Below are positions 28,101 to 42,499 of a DNA stretch of 64,000 bases, in pieces. The stretch is from positions 17,362,001-17,426,000 of the forward strand of contig NC_087251.1 in assembly GCF_037042905.1 (NCBI RefSeq), given 5' to 3'. Made by a program: the position numbers and the translations under genes. The first letter of the stretch is position 1; every line of letters starts with the position of its first letter. Below the pieces are notes generated by a model that was not told where the DNA came from, made no database searches, and saw only the letters and a list, made by a program, of their open reading frames with translations. The stretch comes from Lytechinus pictus (taxonomy: Eukaryota).

Positions 28101-28908
28101 ATATTATTATTCATATCAATTCCAACATGCAAAATGCAAAAAGTGTCACAACTTACCCCGCCTTCCCCTACTCTCTGAATATTCCCTCTAATACTAAGTG
28201 GAAAGTTGCCATTAAAGGGCAAGTCCACCCCAACAAAGGTGTTATTTGATTAAAATGAGAAAAATCAAACAAGCATAACTCTGAAAATTTCATCAAAATC
28301 GGATGTAAAATAAGAAAGTTATGACATTCTAAAGTTTCGCTTAATTTCAAAAAATAGTTATATGCACATCAAGATCGGTATGCAAATGAGGGGATCAGTG
28401 ACATCATCCACTCACTATTTCTTTTGTATTTTATTATATGAAATATGAAATATTTAAATTTTATTCCCATTGTCATGTAAAACAAAGTTTTTTTCTCCCT
28501 GAAAATGTGGAATTATCATTATTTAAACATATTGTTGTTCAATCAAGAGTGTCCTTATTGTCAAATCTGTAAAAATTGAAATATTGTATAAATCAAACAA
28601 TAAAAAACAAAAGAAATAGTTTGCATATCACTGAGTTGTGTATACAACTGTTTTGTGTATACAACTGTTTTGTGAAAAATAAGCCAAACTTTAAAAAGTC
28701 ATAACTTTCTTATTTTACATCCAATTTTGAAATTTTCAGCGTTGTGCTTGTTTGATTTTTCTCTATTTATTCGAATCAACTTTCTTCTGGGGTGGACTTG
28801 TCCTTTAAGGAAATTGAACAGTCCACCCAACAAAGAGAGAACAATATGACTGACTCTAATGATGTCATCTCTGCTTCTCTGTCCTTTTCTCCCTCTTCAG
28901 GTCATTAA
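25185..28908 (+). CDS. ATP5MJ: ATP synthase membrane subunit j / 6.8 kDa proteolipid-like microprotein, 59 aa
   Basis: Exons 25185-25314, 27041-27082 and 28901-28908 (GT-AG, phase 1/1) give MPNSAWPAQPMKVLGPQIRHWGPFMVPCMLITGYVMAKASLAGYRANKAAAAAGGGSGH*. Size, single hydrophobic segment and Ala/Gly-His tail resemble vertebrate 6.8PL; PQIRHWGPFMV resembles yeast Atp18 PILKVYWPFFV. The acceptor at 25173 implies a non-coding upstream exon. Confidence 0.72.
25597..26291. mobile_element. hAT-like MITE with an inner inverted repeat (TGGCCATCTTGTTCTCT, ~25854 / ~26012)
   Basis: TAGGCCTTGGTC / GACTCAGGTCTA ends; TSD ATTTCATC/ATTTCATT (7/8). Confidence 0.55.
27306..28168. mobile_element. TA-flanked Tc1/pogo-like MITE
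   Basis: TIR G(T/G)GGAAGGCGGGGTAAGTTG / CAACTTACCCCGCCTTCCCC, with internal repeats of GGGGCAAGTTG. Confidence 0.8.
28216..28804. mobile_element. Kolobok-like MITE family A
   Basis: TTAA-AGGGCAAGTCCACC...GGTGGACTTGTCCT-TTAA. Confidence 0.85.
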
Positions 28909-29709
28909 ACAATGATTGGTCAGGGAAACAACAACTCTCCTTCAATCTACAAATACCAGACCTGAATCGAGCTGTACTCTATCTTGACACACCATCGGAA
29001 TAGTTCATTTTTGCAACAATATCAGAATGGCACTGCATCATCTGCCCACCGTGATATCAACAAGAACTCCAGATGCTTGGATACATTATGGAAACATTTC
29101 TGCTAGTACCTTTATCTTTGATGTTGGAACTGTTTTCCTGACCCATCATACTTTAGTAAATTAAGCCATTTTTTGTAATTAGAAAATGTATTGTAAAACT
29201 AACATTTCTTCATTGCTGTGGAAGTTATATGTGCAAATCTTGCATTAAATATATGAATCGTAAATTTGAACGGTAAATTTGTTTGTAATGTTGTGTGTTG
29301 TGTAGGGGGATGCTGCTGGCCGTCAAAGACGTTTATGAGATGGTGAAGATTGGAAGAGATGATGTTTATGTGAATGGGAGAAAACAAACTACTGGGTCAA
29401 TAATATTCAATTCAATACTTGGATTAAGTAAAACTTTCACTATTTTGCTTGGCTTTTACTCATCCCATTCCACTTGTTGGCTAAATTTGTGCCAAAATTC
29501 TTACTGAATAGTATTGTGATATGATTTTGTTTTTAATGCACAATACTACACGGCACCAACAGTGATAATGGCACAATGAATGTCCATGAAGATCTAGGAC
29601 ACAGATCTGTTCTATTGGAAGAAGCAACCAATCACCACAATATTGATGTAAATACAGGCTCAGTTCGTACAGATGACAGTAGGCTTACAAAAAAAATTTG
29701 ATTGCAGTT

Positions 29710-29792
29710 CAGGGCTGGCGATTTTTTTAAATTTAAATCATAGTGATTTAAATCGCGATTTAAATCAACGTGATTTAACTCGGCCAATCCTG
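29710..29792. mobile_element. 83-bp hAT-like mini-element of GATTTAAATC palindromes
   Basis: CAGGGCTGGC...GCCAATCCTG with perfect 8-bp TSD TTGCAGTT. The same right end occurs at 58500-58582. Confidence 0.8.
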
Positions 29793-30408
29793 TTGCAGTT
29801 ACCTGACCCACCCTCGTAATTTTTTTTCATTAATTTAATTCTGGGAGAAAAAAATTCGCATTTCATATCATGCCTAAAAAATCAATAAATAAAAATACCA
29901 ACCAATCTTTACCAGACTACCGTTACTGCAAACAATATTTTTAGGCATTAATATACTGATGATTATTTAATCAACAAAATATGGTGGAGAAACAGAATGT
30001 TAATCAATTCAGTGAAAATGGGGATTTTGAAGCAAACAAACGGCATTGAGAGAAGATGGAGTGGTGAAAGTATGAGTATAGAAAATAGGAGGGAGGAGGA
30101 ATGTCACAAGGTCGAAAATACTGAAAGGAGAAAGATGTAATTGACTACTGATGTAAGATGATCATTGTTGAACCTGGACATAACATCAGCCAATTTAATT
30201 CATATGACAAAATAAATAGCAAGAAACTTAAAAATTCAATAACTTCATTATATTTTATCAGATTTTAATGAAATTATGAACCTTTTGATCTTTAAATTTC
30301 ATGCATTTACTTATATTTCAAACCTGGAATACCCATTTAAGTACTTTACAGAAATCACATCCACACTTAACTGCATGTGAAAATTCATGTTGGTTTCCTG
30401 GTGTTTAA

Positions 30409-30985
30409 CCCTAAAAGGCCCGGGGGGGGGGGGGCGCGAAGTTTTTTTACCGCGCCGCTCGCTGACTTTTTATGCGCAACTTTTCAGTCAAAATCTGTAA
30501 ATGTATCATTATTTCTACTTTTACTGATTAAAATTAATTAATTTTGTCTTGTTTATGATCAGAATTAAGTCTGCAACAATTTCCATTAAAAAAAAAAGTA
30601 AAAAAACAAGGAAATACATAAGAAATTTAAAAAAAAAAACACATAAGAAAAAAATTGCGATACCAAATTTTTTTAATGTACATTTGATCAGAATCCTACA
30701 AAGAGTCTGTGAATAAAAAATTAGCAATTTTGGGGCCATAATAAGTTAATTAGAGCAAATGTTTTATTTCATGCATAAATTAGCATAATTAATTCATTAA
30801 AAAAAAATCTTATTTATTCAGAAAAAATTAATCATACAGCCTTGTAGATTTTATTGCACACTACCACTGTGCAAATCTTCGTGGCGCTCGTGCGATCGAC
30901 GGCCGAGATCTCAGGGGGGGGGGGCGGAATCCGCCCCCCCCCCCTCGACTTTGAGATGGGTCCAAATAACCTGGCTCTTTTAGGG
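30409..30985. mobile_element. piggyBac-like MITE
   Basis: TTAA-CCCTAAAAG...CTTTTAGGG-TTAA. Confidence 0.8.
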
Positions 30986-33133
30986 TTAATGTTTCACTTA
31001 TTACTTATTTCACTTATTAAATTTTCTTGTGCTGAATGAAACGCCCAAATTTTCAGTTCTATAACTATATTTGCAATTCCTGTATCCCCAAACAAACTTT
31101 TTAAAATATTTTATTTTTCATTCAGATGCTTAATACCACTGAGAATTTTAATTTACTAAGATTAAATTTTGACCATCTGATTGGAATTAAGATAGAGAAT
31201 CTGATTTAGTGCCTAAGATTAAGTCAGCAGTCACACGTGTAGTCGTGTGTAACTTACAAACAGCTTTATGAAACACCAACCAGATCTCCCACTGTTCGTC
31301 TATGCAGAAACAGACCGATTCGAAAACAAAACACAAAGGCAGGATTCCTGTTAAAAGCCTTGGATTAACATGGTTCAGACTTTTGTATAGATACATTACA
31401 CACAACACATTTATCGGCAACATAATTACAAACAAGTACAAATTCTGACTTTCTAGTATTTAATATACGTGCATTGTTTGATCATACAAAGACAATAACC
31501 AAACTTTCTTCACATTGATTTCCTAATCAGTCAACATTGTTTTATCTATAAATAACTCTCCTCCAAGAAAAGGAATTTCTTTGGTACGTTGCGTTATCAA
31601 TATTACATGTTGCTGAGTTGTTCCCAACTCCTTGTTATTCCATGAACAAGGATTTTTTCCAAGCTGCTTTATCCTAAGCTAGCATACACATTTCAAGGAT
31701 CTGCTATTTTCTTTGGTAGCTCCTTCAAATCATCTCTCTCTTTGTCTTCCTCTTTTCCTTGTACTTCCCAAAGCGTTATGTCCTGCTCCATACTTTTCAA
31801 CCTAATAATATTAAGACCAAAATAGCAGTCTTCAGTGTTTTATAACCATGGCCCCAAAAGCGTAGGTTGGCTGTATCTCTTGTTGGTTCTCTTTTTCTGT
31901 CCAAGAGATCCACAGCATCCTGCACCATCATCAAACTGAATGAATTCATTTGCAGCATTGATGAATACATCAGTCATTCAATGCTTGTTTTATTTATGTC
32001 AGGGCTGCATGAGATCTTTGATTATCCCTAGCTCCAAAATATGGTGACATAGTCAACCATTGAATAATTTTGTCATACGATGATTACAAACCACCTTTTC
32101 TACAGCTGTAAAGGTAAACATATATAAAAAGTGCCTTACCTAATGATCAATAGCATATTAAAGCAGGTTTTTTTGTCCGAGACATAAATAAACCTCAATT
32201 TTTTACAACAGCATGGCAGACGATAGGCCTATAGTATTACTGACCCAATTGAAGTTCAAGACAGGCATTTCATCAACACTGGTCATCTGAAATTCCCTTA
32301 ATATTGATTGGCTGAGAAGTATATGTGTCTGACTGTAACCATGGCTAACTGTCAGGTAATGACAATTTGTCAATGTTGACAGCTATCATGAAATGACCCC
32401 CACACGTCACAATATGTTGAGATTGTCATATCGTGCAGCCCATATACAGATTCAGAAAATATTAGTAAAACACTATACATAACTGTAATTTCAGTCTGAG
32501 CTTTCATAAACACAATTTCTAGCAATTCAACCAGCATTGTTATTTGCAAACCAATAAATGCTCTAATTCAAGTAAAACTGGTATGCTTCAAGTGCCTGCC
32601 CTTGCAATGATTTCATTTTGCTTACTTCATCCTTAATATCATGAACTTGATTTTAAGATATCAAATTCAGTTTTCATGACATACCAGACAGTATATTATC
32701 CATGTTTTATAGAGATGATACTCGATTCTCACAGATGGTACTTGTTATGACCATTCCATGAAACTAGGTACTTCCTAAATCTAGGAAAGCTAGATTCCTC
32801 TCTCGTTCGTGCTAAAAACTATCTTGGAAAAGTAGCACTTCTCAATTCACTCAGGCCATGTTCCTGTCTTAGTGTTAGAATGCATTCTCTTTGTCTAAAT
32901 TCTTTCTTAATATTTTTTGTGCAAGCAAGGCTGGAGTCATCTAATATTTACTATCTCTTGGCTTGAAGATTCCACCCCATTGAACATTGCTGCACCGTAC
33001 TGTAGGCTATAATACCATTGATGAACCGGTCAAGCCAAAGCAGCACTGGGGATCGAGAGCATTGATCCATGACCAGTCCATACATTGAGAGGACTCTGGT
33101 TTAGTTCTAGGACACTGGTTGCTTCGATGAAGG

Positions 33134-36100
33134 TCAGGTCTCTGTTTTATCTGTGGTCTCAATCCTGGCCTTCTTTATTCTGAGTGACCTCTGTAGTTCC
33201 TTAATCCTAACGTCAATATCATGGACTGCTGTGTCTTGTGCATGCTCTTTCCCAAGGCTATCTCCCCTCTCTGTCTTGGCCATTGAAGCCTGTAAAATAA
33301 TAACAATCAAATTAAGATACTTGATCAAGTGAAGACAAAAAGATATTTTTATAATAAAATCAAACAACTGGGGAAATACAGGAAGAAAGAGAGCAAGCTG
33401 TGCATATGTTCTTTCTAATGGTGACATTGAAGGTAGGACCCTAGAATGTTGATTTGTGTATCTGGTTGGCATTTCTGTGAAAACTCAAATCACACATTCG
33501 GGAAACATGTATCATACACACCATCAGACATTATGATAATCAGATATGGACAGAAAGTGGGATCTCAAGCACCAAACTCCTAAATCTAGTGTGAATTGAG
33601 AAACCTGAAAAGGCGACAATAGATGGAACTGCAACCATCTGCCACAAGATTTCTAAAGAAACATGGACGAGAGAAGCAGGATCACAAATATCATGGTGGT
33701 AATTCTCACAGCATTGAAATTATCTACTTAAGTCCACATTTATAGAAAGAGCATGTTGCCAACTCATTAAAAAAGTACAAATTATACAGTGAAAGTGTCC
33801 ACCAAATTTATTTTGCAATGACATGAAAAGAAACACATAATCAGGACTGCACATAATAATTATACAATGAATTTCAATGATCAATTTGATACATATTTTG
33901 TCATGAATGTAAAATAAGATGAAACCTTGAATTCTACTAATAGAAGTGTGAACTTGAATTCATTGAGTTTCTCAAAAAGCAAATATCAATATTAAACATA
34001 CCAACAAACACAAGCTCATTCAAAGACTTACTGATAAGTTTGCATATTCAGGAGAGATACTCTCTAGGTGTAATAATCTTTTCTCCAGATGCTTTAGTCT
34101 TTGAAAAATGTCCCCTGAAGAATTGGAACCTATATATATAAGAATATTAAAGAATAAAAGTCCTACAGTTTAACGTATCTAATATAATATAATATCATTT
34201 CCAATGAAATTATTGCTATGATGATCAGTAGAAGCTGTAGCAGTAGTAGCACTTAGCAACTGTAGCACCGACAACAGCAGTAGTAGTAGAGGTAGTAGTA
34301 GTAGTAGTAGAAGTAGTAACCTCGTCATTGTGATCACCATTATCATCATTATTATATTATGATTATTATCATCGACATTACTACTTTCAGGATAATTATA
34401 ATAGTCATATCTTATATTTCCCTCCTGGCATAATTGATGAAGATTTTATAAACAATAATTTGTAAACAATAACTTTAGTGATGCATTTGATTTTTCCATA
34501 AAAATATACATACAGCTGTGTAAAATGAAAATAATTGCTAGAACAATCTACAAAAAATTGTGTATAAGTGTTGATCCAAAGTTGGTCAATCTTAGACTTT
34601 TTATTGCAAGTAATTCATTTTGTTACACACTGATGTTAAAATAGCACATACCAGTTTTCACTTTGAGAAAGGACTCCATGTTGTGTAGCCTTTCCTCTAC
34701 TCCTGTCACTGGGCCAGCTGGGCCATTAGTACTAGAGGTCTCTCTTGTAATCCGGTCTCTTTTAACTGCAGGTCTTACATGTGGCTTCATGATCAGAGCA
34801 GGTCTTGTTTGAGGTCCATATTTATTTACCACCTGAGATACTGCAAAGAAAATGACAGAGCTACATTATCAATCATGTACTGTAATTCCCATAGGGGTTC
34901 AAAACATACATACACATACTGGTATTCTGTATGTTAAAAAAGAAGAACACAATACAAAGATTCATCTAAACTACATCTAAAAATCAAGATCAATCAAAAC
35001 TTGAGCTACATAAGGGGAATCCTTGAAATGGAAAGCTTTCTTTAAAAAGGGGGTGGGGGCAAAGATAAGCAGATACATGGAGGTGAAAGTTTGAACCATA
35101 TTAGATAAACAATATAATTTTATTTTTTGTGAAAAGTTAATATCACTGCCATTGGAAGGTGGACACCACCTTGTTTTTTTGTGTGGACAATATACAAGCA
35201 TACTGTGAAATGGGTATCCAACTTTGCAAAAGCAGGAAAATGTGTATGTACTATACAGTCTGGATAGGTGTAAATAATATTTCACCCTATCATAATAAGA
35301 AAAGGGCGGGGAAAACATTATAAAATACTTGTTTAGGGTACTATGAAATCGAAAGATGATTCTTTGTTTAGGGTCCATTCTGAAATTCCATGTACAAGCA
35401 TGTTGTACACAGTGTAATGACAATGGCCCAACAGTCTATCTTTGCAAATTCAAATTAATTCTGTGAAAAAAATAGCTCATAACAGATTTTTTTGTGAATC
35501 AAGCTAGTGAATTAATGAAAGTGTACCTTTAATATGGCTCTTTCCACCAGTCTGTGACGTGAACACAGCATCAGTCCGAGCACAAGAGGTTCCTGTTGTT
35601 TGGGGCATCTTCGGACAAAACTCCCTGCGATTTGTATCATCCTTCTCCGTCTGCTTGCGATCTATGAATGCTTGGATCCTCCGATATATCTATGAGAAAC
35701 CCGAAGAGTTTATTATCGCCAATAATATCAGCAAGAACAAAGACTTGAACAATCCAGAGCATAATACATCCCAAGGTCAAGCCAGTCCTTCAAAGTTGTC
35801 TTGGAATCATTTTTGTTAGATTTGGGCACTATCAACAATTGATTTTTATCTTACTGCAAATAGTAATTTCCTAAAATACAATACAATATCCATTCTGTTT
35901 CTGTAAAGTAAATTTTTCTTCTAATGACACAGTTTTTTTTCTCTTGTATACTTCAGTTTTCAAACATACAATTTCAAATGGGAATGTTTTTTTCTTTGTC
36001 TTATGTATTTGAAGAGTCACTTAAATGGCCTAATGCCACAATTGATTCCAATGATGAGTTTGAGAGATCAGCCCCCCCCCCCCCCCCCAAAAAAAAAAAA

Positions 36101-37680
36101 TATATATCTATATATATATATATATTTTATTTTCATTTTGTGAAAGGCAAGTCGGGCCTGCTGAAAAGAACAGTGTAACACAGCATCTTCACAAAGTGGA
36201 CTATATCTTTCACACTCTTAACAGTGTGTGTGTCCGGAGTGTTCACATAGTGGAGTATGTGAGAATGTGGTTCACACTTTTAACATGCTCAAATATAATA
36301 TTAATGAGTATGAAGGTGATTACACATTAACTTACACACTGTAAGTGTACCAAGTTCTAAACTGTGTCCCACGGTGTGTAGGACACTGTTCTTTCCAGTG
36401 GGGAGATACTCTGAAATCAATCAATTTTACCTCCTTATTGTCTGCTGTTATTTGGATGACCTCAGGATCAAGATTTATTGGTTCATTATTTGGAAGTTCT
36501 CCTCGTTCCTTGCAACTTGGCAATGGGTTATCATCTGACTTTTCATCAGAGTTTGTGGAAGCACATATCTTCTGAAGATTCTAAAAGATGAGTTGAAGGT
36601 TAATTTTACATTCAGCCCAAACAATTCTGCAGTGACTAAGGATAAATTATGTGTCCATACTGGGACAAAAATACTCTAGCTTATTGTGCACAAATTTATC
36701 AATGTTTTGATTACCGTATTGCTATTGTTATTATCAGGACATCATGATTTTTTATCACCATCATAATTTGAATTATTACTATAATTATAATAATCAGTAA
36801 ATCACTACTATCATTATCATTTTAATCATGGAATCATTACAATGATTATCAGCATCAGCATTAACATCATCACCAAGATTCACCATCTTCCTCATCTTCG
36901 ATATCAAAACTGCATTTCTCTACATTTTGATAATTCATCAACTGATGAACCTACTTACCTGTAAGTCTTGTATGAGCATTGACACACTACTCTGTAGCAA
37001 TGAAGGTTTGACATCAAGGTCTGCAAGTTCACTCTCGTCTATCACCATGGAAATAGATGATGAGAGTTGTGCCTGTATAATGAGATAATCATAAATTCAT
37101 TTATGAATATCACCTGTCACATAAGTCCATGAATTAAATTCTTAATTGAAAGTGAAACTCTTGTTGTAGGAAAGGTAGAGACAATTCTCTAGATTTACAT
37201 TCATTTACAATGCCATGGAAACAAAATGTATTAATATCAGGCCTACAATTTATTTCAAGAGTATACAATCTCAGAGTCTTCCACATTTTAAGCCTGTGCC
37301 TGCTTGGGTGATCATTGTTGGACACTGTTGGTATCAGTACACTACTTTTTTGTTTTGAAAAAAGGCCTCCCTATCCCACAACGCCACCTCCCCCCCCCCC
37401 CTAACCTAGTCACAATCACAGTGAGAAGCTCAAAGTAGATCTAGACAAGTAGAGAATGAGGACCAATTAGATTTAACCCTCTTTTGGGGGGAAACTGCTG
37501 ATATTAAACTGTTATTTCTGTCTTTATGAGACACAAATAAATTTGACTTGGGTCTTGGGTAGATCTAAATATTACTTGCTATAGGGACTATTCAGATTTA
37601 GGGTAAGTGTTCACCTTTTCCATGAATTTCTGGAAAGACTCTGCAAATCGTTCAACAATATCTGTCACTTCTATCGCCAT
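33134..37680 (-). CDS. MBIP: MAP3K12-binding inhibitory protein 1 (ATAC complex subunit), 7 coding exons, 311 aa
   Basis: Exons 37680-37615, 37072-36959, 36580-36431, 35689-35527, 34840-34652, 34129-34032 and 33289-33134, all GT-AG and in phase (936 nt). Motifs IQITADNKEIYRRIQAFIDRKQ..D..NRREFC..SCARTDAVF...KSHIKVSQVVNKYGPQT, VEERLHNMESFL and DIFQRLKHLEKRLLHLESISPEY are characteristic of MBIP. The ATG exon has an acceptor at 37808, so a further 5' UTR exon lies upstream. Confidence 0.93.
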
Positions 37681-38589
37681 TGAGGTGTTGGCTGCTGGCA
37701 GTTGTTCATCCAACTAGGAAGTTAGTCCAACAATGGTTTACTGATCGAGCTCTACTCTGTGAAGAAGAGACCAGGCCTAGTAAGGCACCACCACAACTCC
37801 TGATATACCTGCAGTGTTAAGGAGCATATATTATATATGAAGTCTTAATACCTTTAATTATCAATTTCATAACAAGTCATGAATTTCAGACATTAGTATT
37901 CAGTCTACTTTCCCCAACACCATACACATTGAGTATACAGCTCTGAGTTTTTACAATGTGGCATTGGCATGAGTTTGATCTACATGCATGCATGTATTCA
38001 CTTGGTCTGGCAGGTTTAATAGTGACTGGGCATAAAAGCAAATTTGATCGGTTCACTGTTAATCATGATGTCATCAAGATTGACAGTGAACAGATAAACT
38101 TGCGAATGATTGATGCCCGAGTGGAGTTACATGTAGATGCGTCCGTACAGGTTGTCATGGTTTTGTGTCCGGACAATCGATTTTCAACAGGCATTTGGAA
38201 AAGTTAACAAGCAAAGTTTTATCAATATTTAGTACAGAGAGCTAGGAAATGTTATTAAGAACAAAATTGAAGAAAATTACAGCAATTTAATTCATTTTTT
38301 TTTTTAATCTAAAAACAAAAAGAAGGCTCCAAAATTGTAGTGTCCGGACACCCGACCCCCCATCCTACTATTAGTATGGCAGTGGATCGTATTATCGAAA
38401 ACTTAATTTTCACGAAATCATAATACTCTCATAAATTTTATCAAACTTTCACCATACATACACGGCGTCAACACTAAATCTTAACCGAAGGTTAAGTTTT
38501 TGAAATGACAGCATAACTTAGATAGTATATGGACCTACACGTAGTTCATGAAACTTGGCCATAACCCTTACAAAAATGTCCTGTGGTAA

Positions 38590-39450
38590 TACCATATAAT
38601 TACCATAGGACTTTACCACACAATTACCACATATATTGTTGTGTGGTAATGCTATGTCTTAATGTCCTGTGGTATTGTGTGGTAATGTGTGGTAATGTCG
38701 TGTGGTATTGTCCTGTGGTAAATTGGAACATTTACCACACAACATTACCACAGGAATACCACATGAATGGATTAATATACGGTAACATTTACCACACAAG
38801 GGATTAATTTATGGTAACAATTTTTACCACATACCGGTTACCACACACCAGTTACCACATGCATTACCACACACCATTTACCACATAGATTACCACACAC
38901 CATTTACCACATAGATTACCACACACCATTTACCACACGACAGTTACCACACCATTTACCACACACCAGTTACCACATGCATTACCACACACCATTTACC
39001 ACACAAATTACCTCACATTTTACCGCACACCAGTTACCACACGCGTTACCACACATCATTTACCACACGAATTACCTCACATTTTACCACACGCCTTACC
39101 ACACAAATTACGTCACATTTTACCACACACCGGTTACCACATGCATTACTACACACGATTTACCACACGCGTTACCACATACACTACCACACACCAGTTA
39201 CGTGGTAATGCATGTGGTAACTGGTGTGTGGTAAAATATGAGGTAATTCGTGTGGTAAATGGTGTGTAGTAAACACTCACCAGTTACCACATGCATTACA
39301 ATTACCACACATATTGTACATACTACACATAATACCATGCATCAGAGTCATTACCCAAAATGTTTGTGGTAACTAGTGTGATGGTATGTGTGATAACTGA
39401 TGCATGATAATGTATGTAGCAACTGGTGTGTTGTAATGTGTGTGGTAACT
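38590..39450. repeat. Left subterminal array of TTACCACA/TGTGGTAA motifs of the 13-kb element
   Basis: Dozens of direct and inverted TTACCAC(A) units. Confidence 0.9.
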
Positions 39451-40192
39451 GGTTAGATACATCACAGATCATGGGTATGAATTTGGTAGCAGTAGAATGT
39501 GTTCATGACCCTATGGACTTTTATAAGATTAAGAAAATACAACACCTTCAATGAACAAATAACAAATGATTTTACAAGTGATATAGAAAGTACTGGTATT
39601 TAGCTCATAGATTCATCAATTTACAATACTGGTTTACATTTGCTATTGACAAAAAATGTATAACAGCTGCTTTACTGTACAAACAGTGTAACATAACAGT
39701 AACTATCAAAGAAATTACAGTGCATATAAATACTTTAAAAAAATACATTTCTTCTAAATACTTAAAAAAGTTACCTCAAAGGCTATCAGGCTTTTCAGCA
39801 AACCAAATTAACGACCATTGTAGTTTTTTTTTGCAGGTTACACATACAGAATGGACTGATTACTCTTTGTTTTATGCTTAAAGACAAAAATGATTAAACT
39901 CTTAATCGTTTTTAAGAAAATGAACAAAACATAAGGATGTGTCTACAATAGGTAATATCATATAAGTAGCTGCGTCAAAGTGCACTGTACTCAAAATTGC
40001 GTATAACAAAATGCATAATTATCCCAAGTTTACTTCAAGGCCGAAGGGCAAGTAGAAATAGACGAGAGATGATAATATGTATTTCGAGTCCACTCAGTTT
40101 AGAATAGTGTTCAAAGGAACGAATAATTTGATCAATTTACGCACCAAAAATGAAAACTAGGACAATACCCTGGCATGTAATATCTGAATTAA

Positions 40193-40914
40193 AGGAAAAT
40201 AACACCAAAAACATAATACCACATGATCCCATTGATAAATACAGGACAATCAAAATGAATCCACTCATACCCTAATCCAATTACAGAGTACCACCTTTTC
40301 AAAGTTGGCCTCTTACAGTGTGGTTTGAAGTTTCTGGATGGAGGTCGCCATTTTCGCGGGGTTAGTTAGAAAATTATTACATCAGCGACGAACTACATCT
40401 CTAAACGTTTAGGCATTATATATTCTATTTTATCAATAACAAATCAAATGTACAGATAAAACTCATAAAAATATTAGTTAAAATTTGTTTAATATATGGT
40501 AGGTTCAAAATACAATTTGATGAGTTTTAATGATAAGGTTTACACCCCAATTTCCGCTGCCAATTTGTAAATCGTAGATTAGGGTGTAATTTTTATCATT
40601 AAAACTCATCAAGTCGTAATTCGAACCTATCATATAATATTAAACAAATTTTAATTAATATTTTATGAGTTTTATCTCTACATTTGATTTATTATCAATG
40701 AAATAGAATATATAATGCTCAAACGTTTAGAGATGTAGTTTGTCGCTGACGGAATAATCTCCATCCATAGACTTCGAACCAGAAGATGCCAACTTTGAAA
40801 AGGTGGTACTCCATACTGGGAAATCGGATTAGGGGTATATGAGTGGATTCATTTTCATTGTCCTGTATTTATCAATGGTATCATGTGGTATTATATTTTG
40901 GGTTTTATTTTCCT
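40193..40914. mobile_element. Fold-back (almost fully palindromic) Kolobok-like MITE inside the 13-kb element
   Basis: TTAA-AGGAAAATAA...TTATTTTCCT-TTAA; the arms pair over roughly 300 bp around a ~35-bp loop near 40550-40580. Confidence 0.8.
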
Positions 40915-40994
40915 TTAAGATATTGTACTGGTTTATATCATGGCATTACAAAGTTCATCTGTAGTGCACACTGTGTCAAGTGCACAAACCTATT

Positions 40995-41284
40995 CAGGGT
41001 TCTCACAGAAATTTGAAGACAGAATTCCATGACCTCTCCATGACTAAATTGCTGCTTTCCATGACTTAATTCCTTTCTGGCACAGTTTACAAAATCAGAC
41101 ATGTTATGATCATGAACACCAATTATAATAGTAGAGTGCAATCACAGAGTATGAGAGTTGCGAGACATAAAAAACTAGAAAGCTGTCATAGCCAAGAGGT
41201 AAATGCAATTCCGTGACTTTTCACATATCCCTGACTTTCCATGACCAATTTTTTCCAGGATTTTCCATGACTGTGGGAACCATG
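40995..41284. mobile_element. hAT-like MITE
   Basis: CAGGGTTCTCACAG / CTGTGGGAACCATG ends; repeated TTTCCATGAC motifs. Confidence 0.55.
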
Positions 41285-42499
41285 TAATAATACTGCATTG
41301 ACAGCTATCATTTTAAAAGTTGATTTCAATTTCCTTCAAACATTTTATTCATCTCTTTTTGGTTGGTCCTTGAATATATTGGCAGGTCGTCTATAAAAGC
41401 ATGTACATCGTTAAAAAAAGGCTTTTGGCAGGAACTTTTGGCAAGTAGTCTACAGTATCAATGCATGTAAATTTGGGTGAAAGAATCATACATGTACATT
41501 AATTCTTAAGAAAAGTTTGTGGTTGTATTACACTATCATTTAGAGGTATTAAAAAGACAGCAGTTGCAGCAAACAATTATTTCATGAGAAATTGTCAAAA
41601 TATTGTACATAATCTCTAGATCTAGCTGGTACATTAATGTAAACTTGTATCTTTGTAAAATCACTAATTATGAAGTTAAAATCAATTATTCTGATGATCA
41701 CTAACACAGAAAAGCATATGTGGGACAGGACAGTGTATTACATTGTATGATTGATTTGAAAAATGCCTGACATTTGATAGAATTACATGCTTATTTTGCT
41801 CATTTCTCAGCAATTACACATTTTCTTCCCGAGCTATAATTCTGGCACATATCTTTTATATTTTGCTGGTAATTCTATTGGATTCTGTTCGAACTCATTT
41901 TAAGATTGTTACTTCAACTGGTAATTTATCTTTAAAGGTGTACTTGTATATGATACGGGCTCAACATAATCTAAAATAAAGTAATTTTTACCATGCAAAA
42001 TAGTGAAAATTTTATCAAAATCAGATAAAATTAATAAAATATTTACAAAAATATTGGTCATCAACACATGCAAGTAGATACATGTAAGTTTATGATATCA
42101 TGCCCACATTTTTATTGTTTTCATGTTACCAGATAAAATAATAATTTACTTCATGTGTGTAATAAGTATGTCTTCCAATCCCATGTAGCAAAAGAACTTC
42201 CAGCAATAATCAATACAGGTAAGTCACATCAATACAGTTTACAATCCGATTTGTTTCATTCTTTGTAAACAAAATTAAATGCACAATTTTATATACAAAA
42301 AAATAAGTTGGGGATACGTGTACACGTACAATGTACGTCAGTATGACATCATCAGCTTGCTACTTGCATATGCTTAGAGCTCTTTCACCAAAATAATGCA
42401 GAGGTTAGAATGTCATACATTACTTTATTATCCCTTGTCTAATTTGGATGAATTTTTCACTTTTGTTAAAAAGTAATAAAAGGCAATATCCATGGTTAC

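Noticed and set aside
31730..31801. Alternative last exon of MBIP (-), VEKYGAGHNALGSTRKRGRQRER*
   Set aside because: Weak acceptor and no recognisable homology; 33289-33134 already supplies the conserved C-terminal coiled coil.
34977..35423. 148-aa ORF on the - strand
   Set aside because: It lies inside an MBIP intron, with no splice support or recognisable motif.
38583..39234. His/Thr- and Cys/Val-rich ORFs (also 51129-51611)
   Set aside because: They are translations of the subterminal ACCAC repeats.
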